IMG/VR virus record: IMGVR_UViG_3300027963_005443
Direction: 5' to 3' (one strand)
DNA: 64,000 nt
Source of the DNA: a virus
The translations under genes and the position numbers were made by a program. This document shows, in pieces, positions 50,271 through 59,326 of the stretch (position 1 is its first letter; every line of letters begins with the position of its first letter). The notes beneath the pieces are model-generated. The model made no database searches and was not told the origin of the DNA. It saw only the letters and a list, made by a program, of their open reading frames with translations.

Positions 50271-50444
50271 ATGAAAAAGAACAAATCAGTCCTGCTGGGA
50301 GTCTGTGCTGACTTGGGTGACAAAACAGATATAAATCCAAATTGGATACGTATTGGATTTGTTGCTTCTTTTTTATTTTTTGGGATAGGACCACTAATTT
50401 ATATCATAATGTGGATTTTAATGCAACTTAGAAAAGGGAGATGA
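50271..50444 (+). CDS. pspC: PspC-domain membrane protein (57 aa; not in ORF track)
   Basis: LLGVCADLGDKTDINPNWIRIGFVASFLFFGIGPLIYIIMWILM matches the PspC domain; ATGA overlap with the next gene. Confidence 0.8.
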   Translation: MKKNKSVLLGVCADLGDKTDINPNWIRIGFVASFLFFGIGPLIYIIMWILMQLRKGR

Positions 50445-51433
50445 TCATGGCATTCAAAAAGTTTAATGAGTATTTAAATGAAAAGGGTAAAGTGGAAGAA
50501 AATCCACCAAAGATGACCAGTAAAAAAATAAAGGCAAAGAAAAACAAGAATGCTCTTGGACATCATGGAAACAAAAAATTAGTCTATGAACCAAAAACAG
50601 AACCTCTACAAAATAAGTCGCCAGAATGGCACAAAGAAAAAGAAGATGGCCCAAATCTTCCAAAACCAAGCAAACCAACAAAAGTTGGGCCAACAAGCCA
50701 AGTATCAAAGGTATCGGAGTGGATACATAAAACAAAAGGAATGTCCTTATCTGAATTTGCAAAAAATATTCATGAAGAAAAAAATGTCGAAATAGATTAT
50801 AGCAAGATTAAAAGTGTCCAGGATCTACTTGCAGTTGCAGTATCTGCAATGAAAAATAATCCAAAACTTATTGAGAACGTTGTAAGAGAAATAAAGAGAT
50901 CCAAACTATCAGAAGCGGTTCTCGTTGAAATGCTTAAAGACAAAAATCTACAAGAGAGTGTCGCAGGTCCAATAGGTTTTGAAAAACTTTATGACGACGA
51001 ACCAGAATCAGAAGATGAAGTCGATTCAGAAGATGCTTCTGACGAGATGGAGGGCGATGATGAAGAATATAGTGATGATTCAGAGGATTCGGAAGATTCA
51101 GAGGATGGAGAAGAGTATATCAGTGATGACTCAGAAGACTCCGAAGAAGAAGATGACTCAGATGATTACGAAGATTCAGATAATTATGATGACTCAGAAG
51201 ATTCGGATTCAGAAGAGTCCGATGATTCAGAGGAAGAATCAGAAGAAGAATCAGAAGAAGATTATGAAGATTCTGAGGAAGGTGAATCAGAAGACGAAGA
51301 ATCAGAAGATGAGGATGAGGATTCAGATAGCTACGATGACTCAGATGAGTCCGAAGAAGATTACGGTGGGGATGAAGAAGAATCAGATGAAGACGAGGAT
51401 TACTTTGGAAAATTCGGTAAATACAATCGCTAA
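50441..51433 (+). CDS. Hypothetical protein with basic N-terminal half and ~140-aa Asp/Glu/Ser tail
   Basis: MAFKKFNEYLNE near the start; D/E/S low-complexity region from about 50995. Confidence 0.75.
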   Translation: MIMAFKKFNEYLNEKGKVEENPPKMTSKKIKAKKNKNALGHHGNKKLVYEPKTEPLQNKSPEWHKEKEDGPNLPKPSKPTKVGPTSQVSKVSEWIHKTKGMSLSEFAKNIHEEKNVEIDYSKIKSVQDLLAVAVSAMKNNPKLIENVVREIKRSKLSEAVLVEMLKDKNLQESVAGPIGFEKLYDDEPESEDEVDSEDASDEMEGDDEEYSDDSEDSEDSEDGEEYISDDSEDSEEEDDSDDYEDSDNYDDSEDSDSEESDDSEEESEEESEEDYEDSEEGESEDEESEDEDEDSDSYDDSDESEEDYGGDEEESDEDEDYFGKFGKYNR

Positions 51434-51450
51434 ATCTTCAATATAAAAAT

Positions 51451-51490
51451 AAAAATCACACCCTTGCTTAAACATGGGTGTGATTTTTTT
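51451..51490. terminator. Bidirectional intrinsic terminator
   Basis: aaaaatcacaccc-ttgcttaaacat-gggtgtgattttttt between convergent genes. Confidence 0.75.
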
Positions 51491-51594
51491 CACCCTCTAC
51501 TGTCATCACTAAATCTTTTGGTAAACTATTAATAAGAATTGCATAGTCTAGGCCAAAAGCAACAGCAAGTTCATAGAACATAATAAAACCTTTA

Positions 51595-52983
51595 TTAAAT
51601 AGGATCGATATCTTTAAACTCTAAAATCATACTTCTTCCTCCTCGAGATTCACTTAAAAATCTGGAGAATAAAAGATCTTCTTTGATTGGATCCACGTCT
51701 GTTATGCCCAAGCAATAGCAGAGAAGAGAACCACAAGCGCTTCCACGGCCGGGACCAACGGCTTCACTTCCATCTCCCCAACCAAGTAATTGAGGGCATA
51801 TTCTTCTGGCTTCGTCTGTCATCATCTTCTGAATGAGGAAATAGCTACTGAAACCTTTTCTTTTGATTAGAGAAATTTCTTCTTTTAATCTGTCTAAATA
51901 GACTTTTGTTTTAGGGAGGTTTCTATCATTGAAACCTCTTATGGTTAGTTCTTTTAATTTTTCATCACCATCTTCTATTACAGGAAGTTTAAGGCTTCTA
52001 TCAAATGTAACCCCTTTTGCCTTCTCGCATATTCTGACTGTATTTTTTTTAGCTTCTTGGAATAATTCATAAGGAATAATTTCACTATAGTCCTTTAGCC
52101 ATTTCTCATTAAGCTCTTCTTCACTTTTCATCCATAGATTTTCATCTTGAAGCTCGAAGAAGTCTGCCATACTATCTTTTTGTTTTGCTTCTTCTATCTC
52201 TTTTAATGTTCTATTAGTTTGGATCATCAACATCAAGCGTTGATAGTGACTATCTTCTTTATTACAATAATGAACATCGCAAGATACTATCAAAGGAATC
52301 TTATATTTTTCATGACATTTTACAATAAAAGCATCATATGCAAACTGCTTTTTAAAATCTAAAAGCATGAGCTCCAAATAGAAATGATCTTTACCAAACA
52401 TTTCTAGATGCTTTTCAAGCATTTGAAAGCCGGCTTCTTCTCCGCCTTTATCAAAAGCTCTTCCTATTTCACTGTTGTAACAGCAGCTTGTAAATATTAA
52501 GCCTTCTTTGTGCTTCTTGAGCTGTTCATAATTAACCCGAGGCTTTCTGTAGAAGCCCTTGGTCCAGCCCCAGCTGGTTAATCTAACAAGATTCTTGTAG
52601 CCCTCTAGGTTGTAAGCTATTGCCAATAGGTGAGGACTAGCTTTTAAAGTATCGATTTCATCTGGGGATAAATCTTTAGTAAAATTTTGCATATCACCTA
52701 AGCCAGAACTCTCTGGTTGTAGTGAATTAATATACAATTCACTGGCGAAGATAGGACTTAACTTATTTTTATCTTTGTATTTATCACATATTTTATCACA
52801 TATTTTGATTTGTCTTGGGACTGCCCCCAACATACCGTGGTCAGATACCGTTAGAAACTTTTGATTGATTTCAATGGCACGATTTCCAGCCTCTTCTACG
52901 GTTTGAAAACCATCAAGGAGACTATAATCGGTGTGAAGGTGTAAATGTTCAAATCCAACAATTTCGACTATTTTATCGCTCAT
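51595..52983 (-). CDS. dnaE: DNA polymerase III alpha, N-terminal (PHP domain) subunit
   Basis: HLHLHTDYSLLDG, SDHG, HLLAIAYNLEGYKNL, CDVHY, GPGRGSACGSLLCYCLGITDVDP, LLFSRFLSESR. Confidence 0.93.
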   Translation of the reverse strand: MSDKIVEIVGFEHLHLHTDYSLLDGFQTVEEAGNRAIEINQKFLTVSDHGMLGAVPRQIKICDKICDKYKDKNKLSPIFASELYINSLQPESSGLGDMQNFTKDLSPDEIDTLKASPHLLAIAYNLEGYKNLVRLTSWGWTKGFYRKPRVNYEQLKKHKEGLIFTSCCYNSEIGRAFDKGGEEAGFQMLEKHLEMFGKDHFYLELMLLDFKKQFAYDAFIVKCHEKYKIPLIVSCDVHYCNKEDSHYQRLMLMIQTNRTLKEIEEAKQKDSMADFFELQDENLWMKSEEELNEKWLKDYSEIIPYELFQEAKKNTVRICEKAKGVTFDRSLKLPVIEDGDEKLKELTIRGFNDRNLPKTKVYLDRLKEEISLIKRKGFSSYFLIQKMMTDEARRICPQLLGWGDGSEAVGPGRGSACGSLLCYCLGITDVDPIKEDLLFSRFLSESRGGRSMILEFKDIDPI

Positions 52984-53023
52984 TTTGAACCAAAAGATGA
53001 GTTATTTTTAAAATTAATTAATT

Positions 53024-53052
53024 ATTTTAGCCCAATTTTCACAAAAAGTCAA
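53024..53052 (-). promoter_or_regulatory. Sigma70-type promoter for dnaE-N
   Basis: TTGACT-17 nt-TAAAAT on the minus strand. Confidence 0.55.
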
Positions 53053-53092
53053 CAACGGGGATATTATTTTATTTTTTATAATATATAAAAGT

Positions 53093-54346
53093 ATGGATTC
53101 AATAACGATTATTTTACAGCCAAAAGACTTGCACGCAATAGATGAGAGACAGACGGGCTTTGTTGTTCAGGCAATAACAGAATCGGGGGCAGCAATCTCA
53201 TATCAATGGCAAAAATCCACAGAACCAGATGTTTGGAAAAATGTGGGAGTAGATTCAAATATAATAAGCTTTGTTACTTCATTGGCAATGAATAGACACA
53301 AATATAGAGTAATATTGACCTCTGGTTCATATTCTACTGGATTAAAAGTTCTGGCGAGTGATGAGGTGACTGTTTTTGTGTCACCAAAACCAACAATCAC
53401 TCCAACACCAACAATGACTCCGACGCCCACAGCTACGCCTACAAAACCAAGAATAAACATACCAGGAGTGAAGAATTTAGTTTTCGATAAAAATAAAAAT
53501 AGATTATACGCTTCGACTGGATTTAGTATCAAAGTTGTAAACACAATAAATAATCAAATAGTTTCTAATTATAATATAACATCACCAGCAAACATATGGA
53601 AAATGGTGGGAGATGCTAACAGCTTATATGTTTCCGATACTACAAATAATCAAATTATACAATTATCAAAATCTAATGGGGATATCGAAAAAATAACAAA
53701 TATAAATGTTTATCCAATGGATATTCAAATAAACGATGGATCAATTTATGTATTGGCGACTAGCCGTAAAGAAAATTCATTGAAAAAAATAAGAAATGGA
53801 GAAGTGGTCAACTCAATAATATTGAGTGAATACTCAATAGACCGATTCGTTAAATTATTAATCAACAAGAATAATAATAAAGCATATGTATTAGATGCCA
53901 GCAGTGAATCTATATTGGTCATTGACTTACGATATATGACTCTAGAGAGTACTGTTTATCTTCCCAAGGGGGGAAAATCAGAGTCGATGGAAATAGACTT
54001 ATCTTCTAACTTAATATACATTCCAACTAAAGATTTGGGTTTTAATGAATTTTTACTATTAAATACAAATACCAATTCAATATTAGATTATAGAATAACA
54101 ATTCCATATAATCAAAACTCGGAACAAATAAATGTAATAAACTTTAGCATAAATTCTTTAAAAAATAAGATTTATCTAGCAGATTCGTACAAGTCGTCTG
54201 CTTTATTTACAATGAACACAAAAAATCAAACATTTGCATCAATTGAAAACTTATCCGGTGGGTGCAGCTCTTTTGTGGAAGATGCTGTTTCAAATAAAAT
54301 ATACATAGCAAACGGAAACTCTGGCGTGGATGTTGTGCAACTATAA
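53093..54346 (+). CDS. Ig-like domain + TPT linker + YncE/YVTN-like beta-propeller protein
   Basis: ITIILQPKD...YQWQKS...KYRV (Ig I-set-like); repeated NKAYV/NKIYL/NKIYI blades. Confidence 0.7.
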   Translation: MDSITIILQPKDLHAIDERQTGFVVQAITESGAAISYQWQKSTEPDVWKNVGVDSNIISFVTSLAMNRHKYRVILTSGSYSTGLKVLASDEVTVFVSPKPTITPTPTMTPTPTATPTKPRINIPGVKNLVFDKNKNRLYASTGFSIKVVNTINNQIVSNYNITSPANIWKMVGDANSLYVSDTTNNQIIQLSKSNGDIEKITNINVYPMDIQINDGSIYVLATSRKENSLKKIRNGEVVNSIILSEYSIDRFVKLLINKNNNKAYVLDASSESILVIDLRYMTLESTVYLPKGGKSESMEIDLSSNLIYIPTKDLGFNEFLLLNTNTNSILDYRITIPYNQNSEQINVINFSINSLKNKIYLADSYKSSALFTMNTKNQTFASIENLSGGCSSFVEDAVSNKIYIANGNSGVDVVQL

Positions 54347-54416
54347 CCTTTATATTGAAAATTGTGTTGGCAGATGACATCTATAATTAACTAAAACATT
54401 TTAACTATATATTTTT

Positions 54417-57311
54417 ATGCCAAAAGAAGAACTAGAAAAATACGCAAAAGACCCAACAATCATAGTAATAAATGATGCCATAAGCATTGGATTGAGATAT
54501 GGTGCACCATACACATTGGCTTGGGATCAGAGAAACCTGGCTTACATAAAATCCATAGAGTCTGGGTCTGGGTATGTGCCTCAGAGCTCCTCCCAGTATG
54601 ACAAATTTAATAAAAATAATGCTTCAGATCAGTGCTATAACCATAATCATTATGTGTGGGAAAATGATTCGTGGAACGCAGTATCCGCATGTGATGCGGG
54701 ATGGATAGGAACCCTGGTTTTGGAATATATAGCTCCAACCTCAACACCAACACTTACAAAAACACCAACATTAACATCTACTAATACGCCAACTCCCACC
54801 CTGACTGCTACACCCACAAAAACAAAAACGTTAACACCAACAAAAACATCAACTCCAACTGCAACATCAATTGCAGGCAATAGTGCAAATTATAAAAAAA
54901 ATGCTTATTGGGGAGAAATAGGAAATGAAGGAGGACCAACTTCTGTTGGTACCAACGGAGGACCAAGTGCATATGGCGCCTATGATATGAATGGAAATGT
55001 ATGGGAATTAACAGATGGAAGTAATAGCAAAAAAATTCTACGTGGAGGATCTTTTTCTTCTAATGATTTATTGAAAGGAAACAGATTTGAATTTAATTTC
55101 AAAGATAGAACTATAGGTTTTAGATTATCTTCAATAAATAATCCTTTAAATTATAGTAAATTTGTTAGCATAGGCAATCCTGGAAACCTACCAGATAGTA
55201 GGCATTCCTTCGGAAGTGTGGGATATAATTACTTAATACAAAAATACCCTGTGACAAACACTGAGTATTGTGAGTTTCTCAATATTGTAGCAAAATCGGA
55301 TCCATATAATTTATACAACTATTCAATGTCCGAAGATCCAGCAGGAGGAATACAAATATCTGGTGTATCAGGGAGATACACATATTCAGTAAAACCAAAA
55401 ATGGGCAACAAGCCAGTTAATTTTGTTGGCTGGTTGAGTGCCGCCAGGATGGCTAATTGGCTTCATAATAGAGCATCACATCCATCGACAACAGAGACTG
55501 AGTCTGGGGCATATAATTTAAACGGATCAGAAATATTTTTCGAAATAGATAAAAATCCGAATTCTATGTATTATATTCCGTCTGAGGATGAGTGGTATAA
55601 AGCAGCATTTTACAAATCTAGTGTTGCTGGTTATTGGGAATATTCCACTCAAAGCAACATCGTTCCAAATCCAATTTGTGCAAATAGTAATGGGGACGGC
55701 TCTAATGTGTGCATCACCAGAACACCTACGCCAACAAAAAGTGTAACTCCAACTAACACAAGAACACCCACTTTAACAAAGACATACACTCGAACACCCA
55801 CACAAACTCCCACACTAACAAAAACATCAACTTTAACAAAAACACCAACTTTAACAAAAACTCCTACATTAACCAGTACTCAAACGGCCACGAATTCAAA
55901 TACTCCAACACTAACTAGAACTCCAACACTAACTAGAACTCCAACACTAACTAGAACGATAACCAAAACTTTAACTAATACTCCGACAAAAACAAAGACT
56001 CCAACAATAACCAGAACATCAACAAGTACACCAACTCCTACATTAACAAGAACTCCTACATTAACAAGAACTCCTACACTAACAAGAACTCCTACACTAA
56101 CAAGTACACCTACACTAACAAGTACACCTACACTAACAAGAACTCCTACACTAACAAGTACACCTACACTAACAAGTACACCTACACTAACAAGTACACC
56201 TACACTAACAAGTACACCTACACTAACAAGTACACCTACACTAACAAGTACACCTACACTAACAAGTACACCTACACTAACATTAACAAGTACTCCTACA
56301 CTAACAAGTACACCTACACTAACAAGTACACCTACACTAACATTAACAAGTACTCCTACACTAACAAGTACACCTACACTAACAAGTACACCTACACTAA
56401 CAAGTACACCTACACTAACATTAACAAGTACTCCTACACTAACAAGTACACCTACACTAACATTAACAAGTACTCCTACACTAACAAGTACACCTACACT
56501 AACATTAACAAATACACCGACAAATACCAAAACACCAACCCCTACACAAACACCAACACTATCAAACCCATACGCACCGGGTTATAATGTTTTTGTGGAT
56601 GATTTTAATAGAATTCCGGTTAGTCCTGGAGGAGTGCCATCTATTGTCTATACATCTACGATAACAAATACCGGTAGTATCTCCATTGTTAGTTCATATT
56701 TAAGATTAAGAGCGGATAATACAAATACATCCGGAAGACTTTACATGATGTCTACATATACTTTAATGAATAGTCCTAATTTTTATTCTCAATTAAATTT
56801 AAATCCAACAGTTGTTAATTGGTCTATAAATGTGAGAAATAACTGGTCCGACATTTTAAGTGGGTTTGATACAGGACTTTTTGGCCAAGCCGTTATTTTA
56901 GCGTCAAGTGGAACTAATGTGTTAACTAATGGTTATGGTTATGCGTTAGTTTATGGAGGGTCGGGAACTAGACAATGGCGTTTAGTTAGTTTTACAGGTG
57001 GTCTACAAGCAAACACTAATATAACAACGATTTTATCAACACCAGATTCACCAGGGTTTGGGGATGGCGATTATTTAAGTTTAAAGGTTTCTTATGATTC
57101 GCTAACAAATAATTGGCGATTATATTTTAGGAATGACGGTACCGCTTGGGTTGACCCTAGACTAACAACAGGATATAGTACTCCTGGTGTGGCTACAAAT
57201 GGAACATATACAAATATAACATTAGATTCGTTCGGGTATTTTTATAATTTTGGGTCAACACTAAATTCTAATGCCTCAATATTTGATAAACTTAACATTT
57301 ATTATAATTAA
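54417..57311 (+). CDS. Putative fibre: permuted FGE/CLec domain + ~280-aa (T-S/R-TPTL)n stalk + C-terminal beta domain
   Basis: GPSAYGAYDMNGNVWE, RGGSF and GFRLSS precede SIGNPGN, QKYPVTN and EWYKAAFY. Confidence 0.75.
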   Translation: MPKEELEKYAKDPTIIVINDAISIGLRYGAPYTLAWDQRNLAYIKSIESGSGYVPQSSSQYDKFNKNNASDQCYNHNHYVWENDSWNAVSACDAGWIGTLVLEYIAPTSTPTLTKTPTLTSTNTPTPTLTATPTKTKTLTPTKTSTPTATSIAGNSANYKKNAYWGEIGNEGGPTSVGTNGGPSAYGAYDMNGNVWELTDGSNSKKILRGGSFSSNDLLKGNRFEFNFKDRTIGFRLSSINNPLNYSKFVSIGNPGNLPDSRHSFGSVGYNYLIQKYPVTNTEYCEFLNIVAKSDPYNLYNYSMSEDPAGGIQISGVSGRYTYSVKPKMGNKPVNFVGWLSAARMANWLHNRASHPSTTETESGAYNLNGSEIFFEIDKNPNSMYYIPSEDEWYKAAFYKSSVAGYWEYSTQSNIVPNPICANSNGDGSNVCITRTPTPTKSVTPTNTRTPTLTKTYTRTPTQTPTLTKTSTLTKTPTLTKTPTLTSTQTATNSNTPTLTRTPTLTRTPTLTRTITKTLTNTPTKTKTPTITRTSTSTPTPTLTRTPTLTRTPTLTRTPTLTSTPTLTSTPTLTRTPTLTSTPTLTSTPTLTSTPTLTSTPTLTSTPTLTSTPTLTSTPTLTLTSTPTLTSTPTLTSTPTLTLTSTPTLTSTPTLTSTPTLTSTPTLTLTSTPTLTSTPTLTLTSTPTLTSTPTLTLTNTPTNTKTPTPTQTPTLSNPYAPGYNVFVDDFNRIPVSPGGVPSIVYTSTITNTGSISIVSSYLRLRADNTNTSGRLYMMSTYTLMNSPNFYSQLNLNPTVVNWSINVRNNWSDILSGFDTGLFGQAVILASSGTNVLTNGYGYALVYGGSGTRQWRLVSFTGGLQANTNITTILSTPDSPGFGDGDYLSLKVSYDSLTNNWRLYFRNDGTAWVDPRLTTGYSTPGVATNGTYTNITLDSFGYFYNFGSTLNSNASIFDKLNIYYN
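56044..56505 (+). repeat. 18-bp tandem array (acaagtacacctacacta; TSTPTL) with interspersed 24-bp variants
   Basis: More than 20 near-identical units visible; boundaries approximate. Confidence 0.9.
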
Positions 57312-57402
57312 TTTTGGGTATTTTAAATTTAATTAAAAAATTGCTGACGGAGTTCAGGGGCAGTATATCAACTGAGATTTTAGATGCCATATCACAGGAG
57401 CA

Positions 57403-58542
57403 TTAGCTTAAATCCTCCGCTGTTGGTACAACAAATGCTTGCACAGAAACATTTCCAAATTCATATATTTTAACTTTATCATAAACGTCACATAAAATTT
57501 GATCATCATAAACAGAAACTCCATCAACTAACCAACTTCTGGTGGAGGCTGAATTGACCGGCTTATTATTTGCTTCATCAGTAAATGTCCATTGATCTGG
57601 GTTTAGATACATTGTGGCCATATAAGTCATAGCTTTTCTTATACTACCACATTCTTGATCATCAACATAATTCCATATGTCTATTCCTAAGCTAGAGCAA
57701 ACCTTGGCCAAATTACAGAGAAGTGTGAGATTAAAGTTACAATAGTGCATCTTTAAAGTTCTTTCCATCTCTAATGGTTGTTGTCCATCGGAAGCTATTT
57801 GTTTACTCAAAACTTCCTTGACATTAGCTTCTAGATAGTTTCTTGCTTCTTCTTCTTTTCCTGCGGCAGATAGATATGAAGCAAGTTGTAGCATATAGGA
57901 TGTTTTTATGTTGTGGTGATAACCAGACTGAAGAATGCCTCTGGGGCTATTTTGAAACCAATTTGCGAGTTCTCCGAACCATAATTTCATTCCATCTTCA
58001 TCATTATCTGTCCAGTTGGGGGTGGTCCTGAGAACTTCTATCATGTCTACCACATACGGTAGAGAAACCACATCTATTGTTGCCCCTCTTATCTTTAAAT
58101 GATTTTCATTATTTCCCATAACTATGCCACTGTACGTTAGGTCTGGGTTCATCCTTGAATTTTCTATTAAGAAAAAATGCCTGATATACTCCACCGCTTT
58201 TAAACCATACTCTTCTGATTTTGAGACACGATAAATCAAAGTAGAAACAATAACAGATTTTATAAATTTATAAAAAAATGATCTATCAGAAGTTTCAAAT
58301 GAATTTTTATTTATTATTCCATCTTTTCTTATATACGGAAAACCAGTTCGTGTATTTGGATTTGGATGCCAATAATTAGCTAAACTTGTATAATTATTAG
58401 CCCCAGTTGTCTTTTTTATAGATGCCGTATTCTGGGTTATGCTTGGGGGAAGTTCAGGAAGTTCAATACCATAATTCTGGACAAATAATTCTATTTCTTG
58501 GTTAGAGAGCTTGTTTAATCTAGCCTCATTTAGCATCAACAT
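57403..58542 (-). CDS. Alginate lyase family (PL5-like, alpha/alpha-toroid) protein
   Basis: YTSLANYWHPNP...PYIRKDG, MNPDLTY, QIASDGQQPLEMERT..MHYCNFNL. Confidence 0.8.
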   Translation of the reverse strand: MLMLNEARLNKLSNQEIELFVQNYGIELPELPPSITQNTASIKKTTGANNYTSLANYWHPNPNTRTGFPYIRKDGIINKNSFETSDRSFFYKFIKSVIVSTLIYRVSKSEEYGLKAVEYIRHFFLIENSRMNPDLTYSGIVMGNNENHLKIRGATIDVVSLPYVVDMIEVLRTTPNWTDNDEDGMKLWFGELANWFQNSPRGILQSGYHHNIKTSYMLQLASYLSAAGKEEEARNYLEANVKEVLSKQIASDGQQPLEMERTLKMHYCNFNLTLLCNLAKVCSSLGIDIWNYVDDQECGSIRKAMTYMATMYLNPDQWTFTDEANNKPVNSASTRSWLVDGVSVYDDQILCDVYDKVKIYEFGNVSVQAFVVPTAEDLS

Positions 58543-58581
58543 ATATCATCCCAAGATAGTGGAACACTGCCCTTCCTGGGC

Positions 58582-59316
58582 TCATTTAGGATTAGCATAA
58601 AATTTGTGCTCCTCTAACGACACATTGTGTTTGAAATTTTTTATTAATTCACATGTAGTGAACTTTTTATTCGGACAATAAATATTTCTGGTGAGATTGC
58701 CATGCATCTTGCATGTATTTTCAAAATTCATTTTTTTCCAACTTAATTCAGAATTCATATTTTTTATTGTATCTTCCTTTGAGTTCAAAAGTGCCGGTTT
58801 ATTACAAACAACATTTTCGAAATTATATCCAAGTAATTCACATCTTAGTCTGATGTCTGTATCGTGTTTACCAGCAGGAAAAAATGATTCGTCATAACCG
58901 CCCACTTTCTCAAACACACTTCTTGAGAATCCTAGTCTGCCGTATAGACCTTGATTCGTAACATTACAGTATATTCCTATATCACCCTTTTTCATAATAA
59001 CTTCAGTAGTGTCTGCGATAAAGTTGTCCACATCTAAATTAAAAATATAGTCTCCAGAAGACAATCTAGCAGAAAAATTCTTGGCCACCGGTATCGAATA
59101 TTGATCATAATTTAAAGTCAAATAATAGTGAATCCTTGAAATATTTTCCGACTCTATAAATTTCTGCATGAACTCTCGAACACCATCATCAGAATTACAA
59201 TCTACAATGATCCATTCTGTATTCTCATGTTTTTTAATTTGTTCTAAATTATGGTTAAAAGTTTCAGCAAATTGGTGAAATCTATTTTTTATTTGAGAGC
59301 AATAAGATATTATCAT
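58582..59316 (-). CDS. GT2/GT7-like glycosyltransferase
   Basis: EWIIVDCNSDDG, AKNFSARLSSGDYIFNLDVD, KVGGYDESF..AGKHDTD. Confidence 0.8.
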   Translation of the reverse strand: MIISYCSQIKNRFHQFAETFNHNLEQIKKHENTEWIIVDCNSDDGVREFMQKFIESENISRIHYYLTLNYDQYSIPVAKNFSARLSSGDYIFNLDVDNFIADTTEVIMKKGDIGIYCNVTNQGLYGRLGFSRSVFEKVGGYDESFFPAGKHDTDIRLRCELLGYNFENVVCNKPALLNSKEDTIKNMNSELSWKKMNFENTCKMHGNLTRNIYCPNKKFTTCELIKNFKHNVSLEEHKFYANPK

Positions 59317-59326
59317 TTGTAGTATA

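Noticed and set aside
47607-52983. Split intein or group I intron joining the dnaE halves
   Set aside because: No Cys/Ser-initiated intein N-block or HN-C/S/T C-block at the ends. The spacer holds two ordinary opposite-strand genes and a terminator.
55880-56530. CRISPR array, or real Val/Gly-rich antisense ORFs (also 2980..3444, 9384..9905, 22343..22648, 32419..32694, 36211..36549)
   Set aside because: The repeats have no unique spacers and encode Thr/Pro stalks. The antisense frames are stop-free shadows of ACN/CCN codons.
8290-57311. Catalytic formylglycine-generating enzymes
   Set aside because: The CxxxxC catalytic motif after RGGS is missing in all six domains.
57343-57402. GC-richer island between convergent genes as a riboswitch, ribozyme or tRNA
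   Set aside because: No diagnostic motif or cloverleaf could be built. An Infernal/Rfam scan would be needed.
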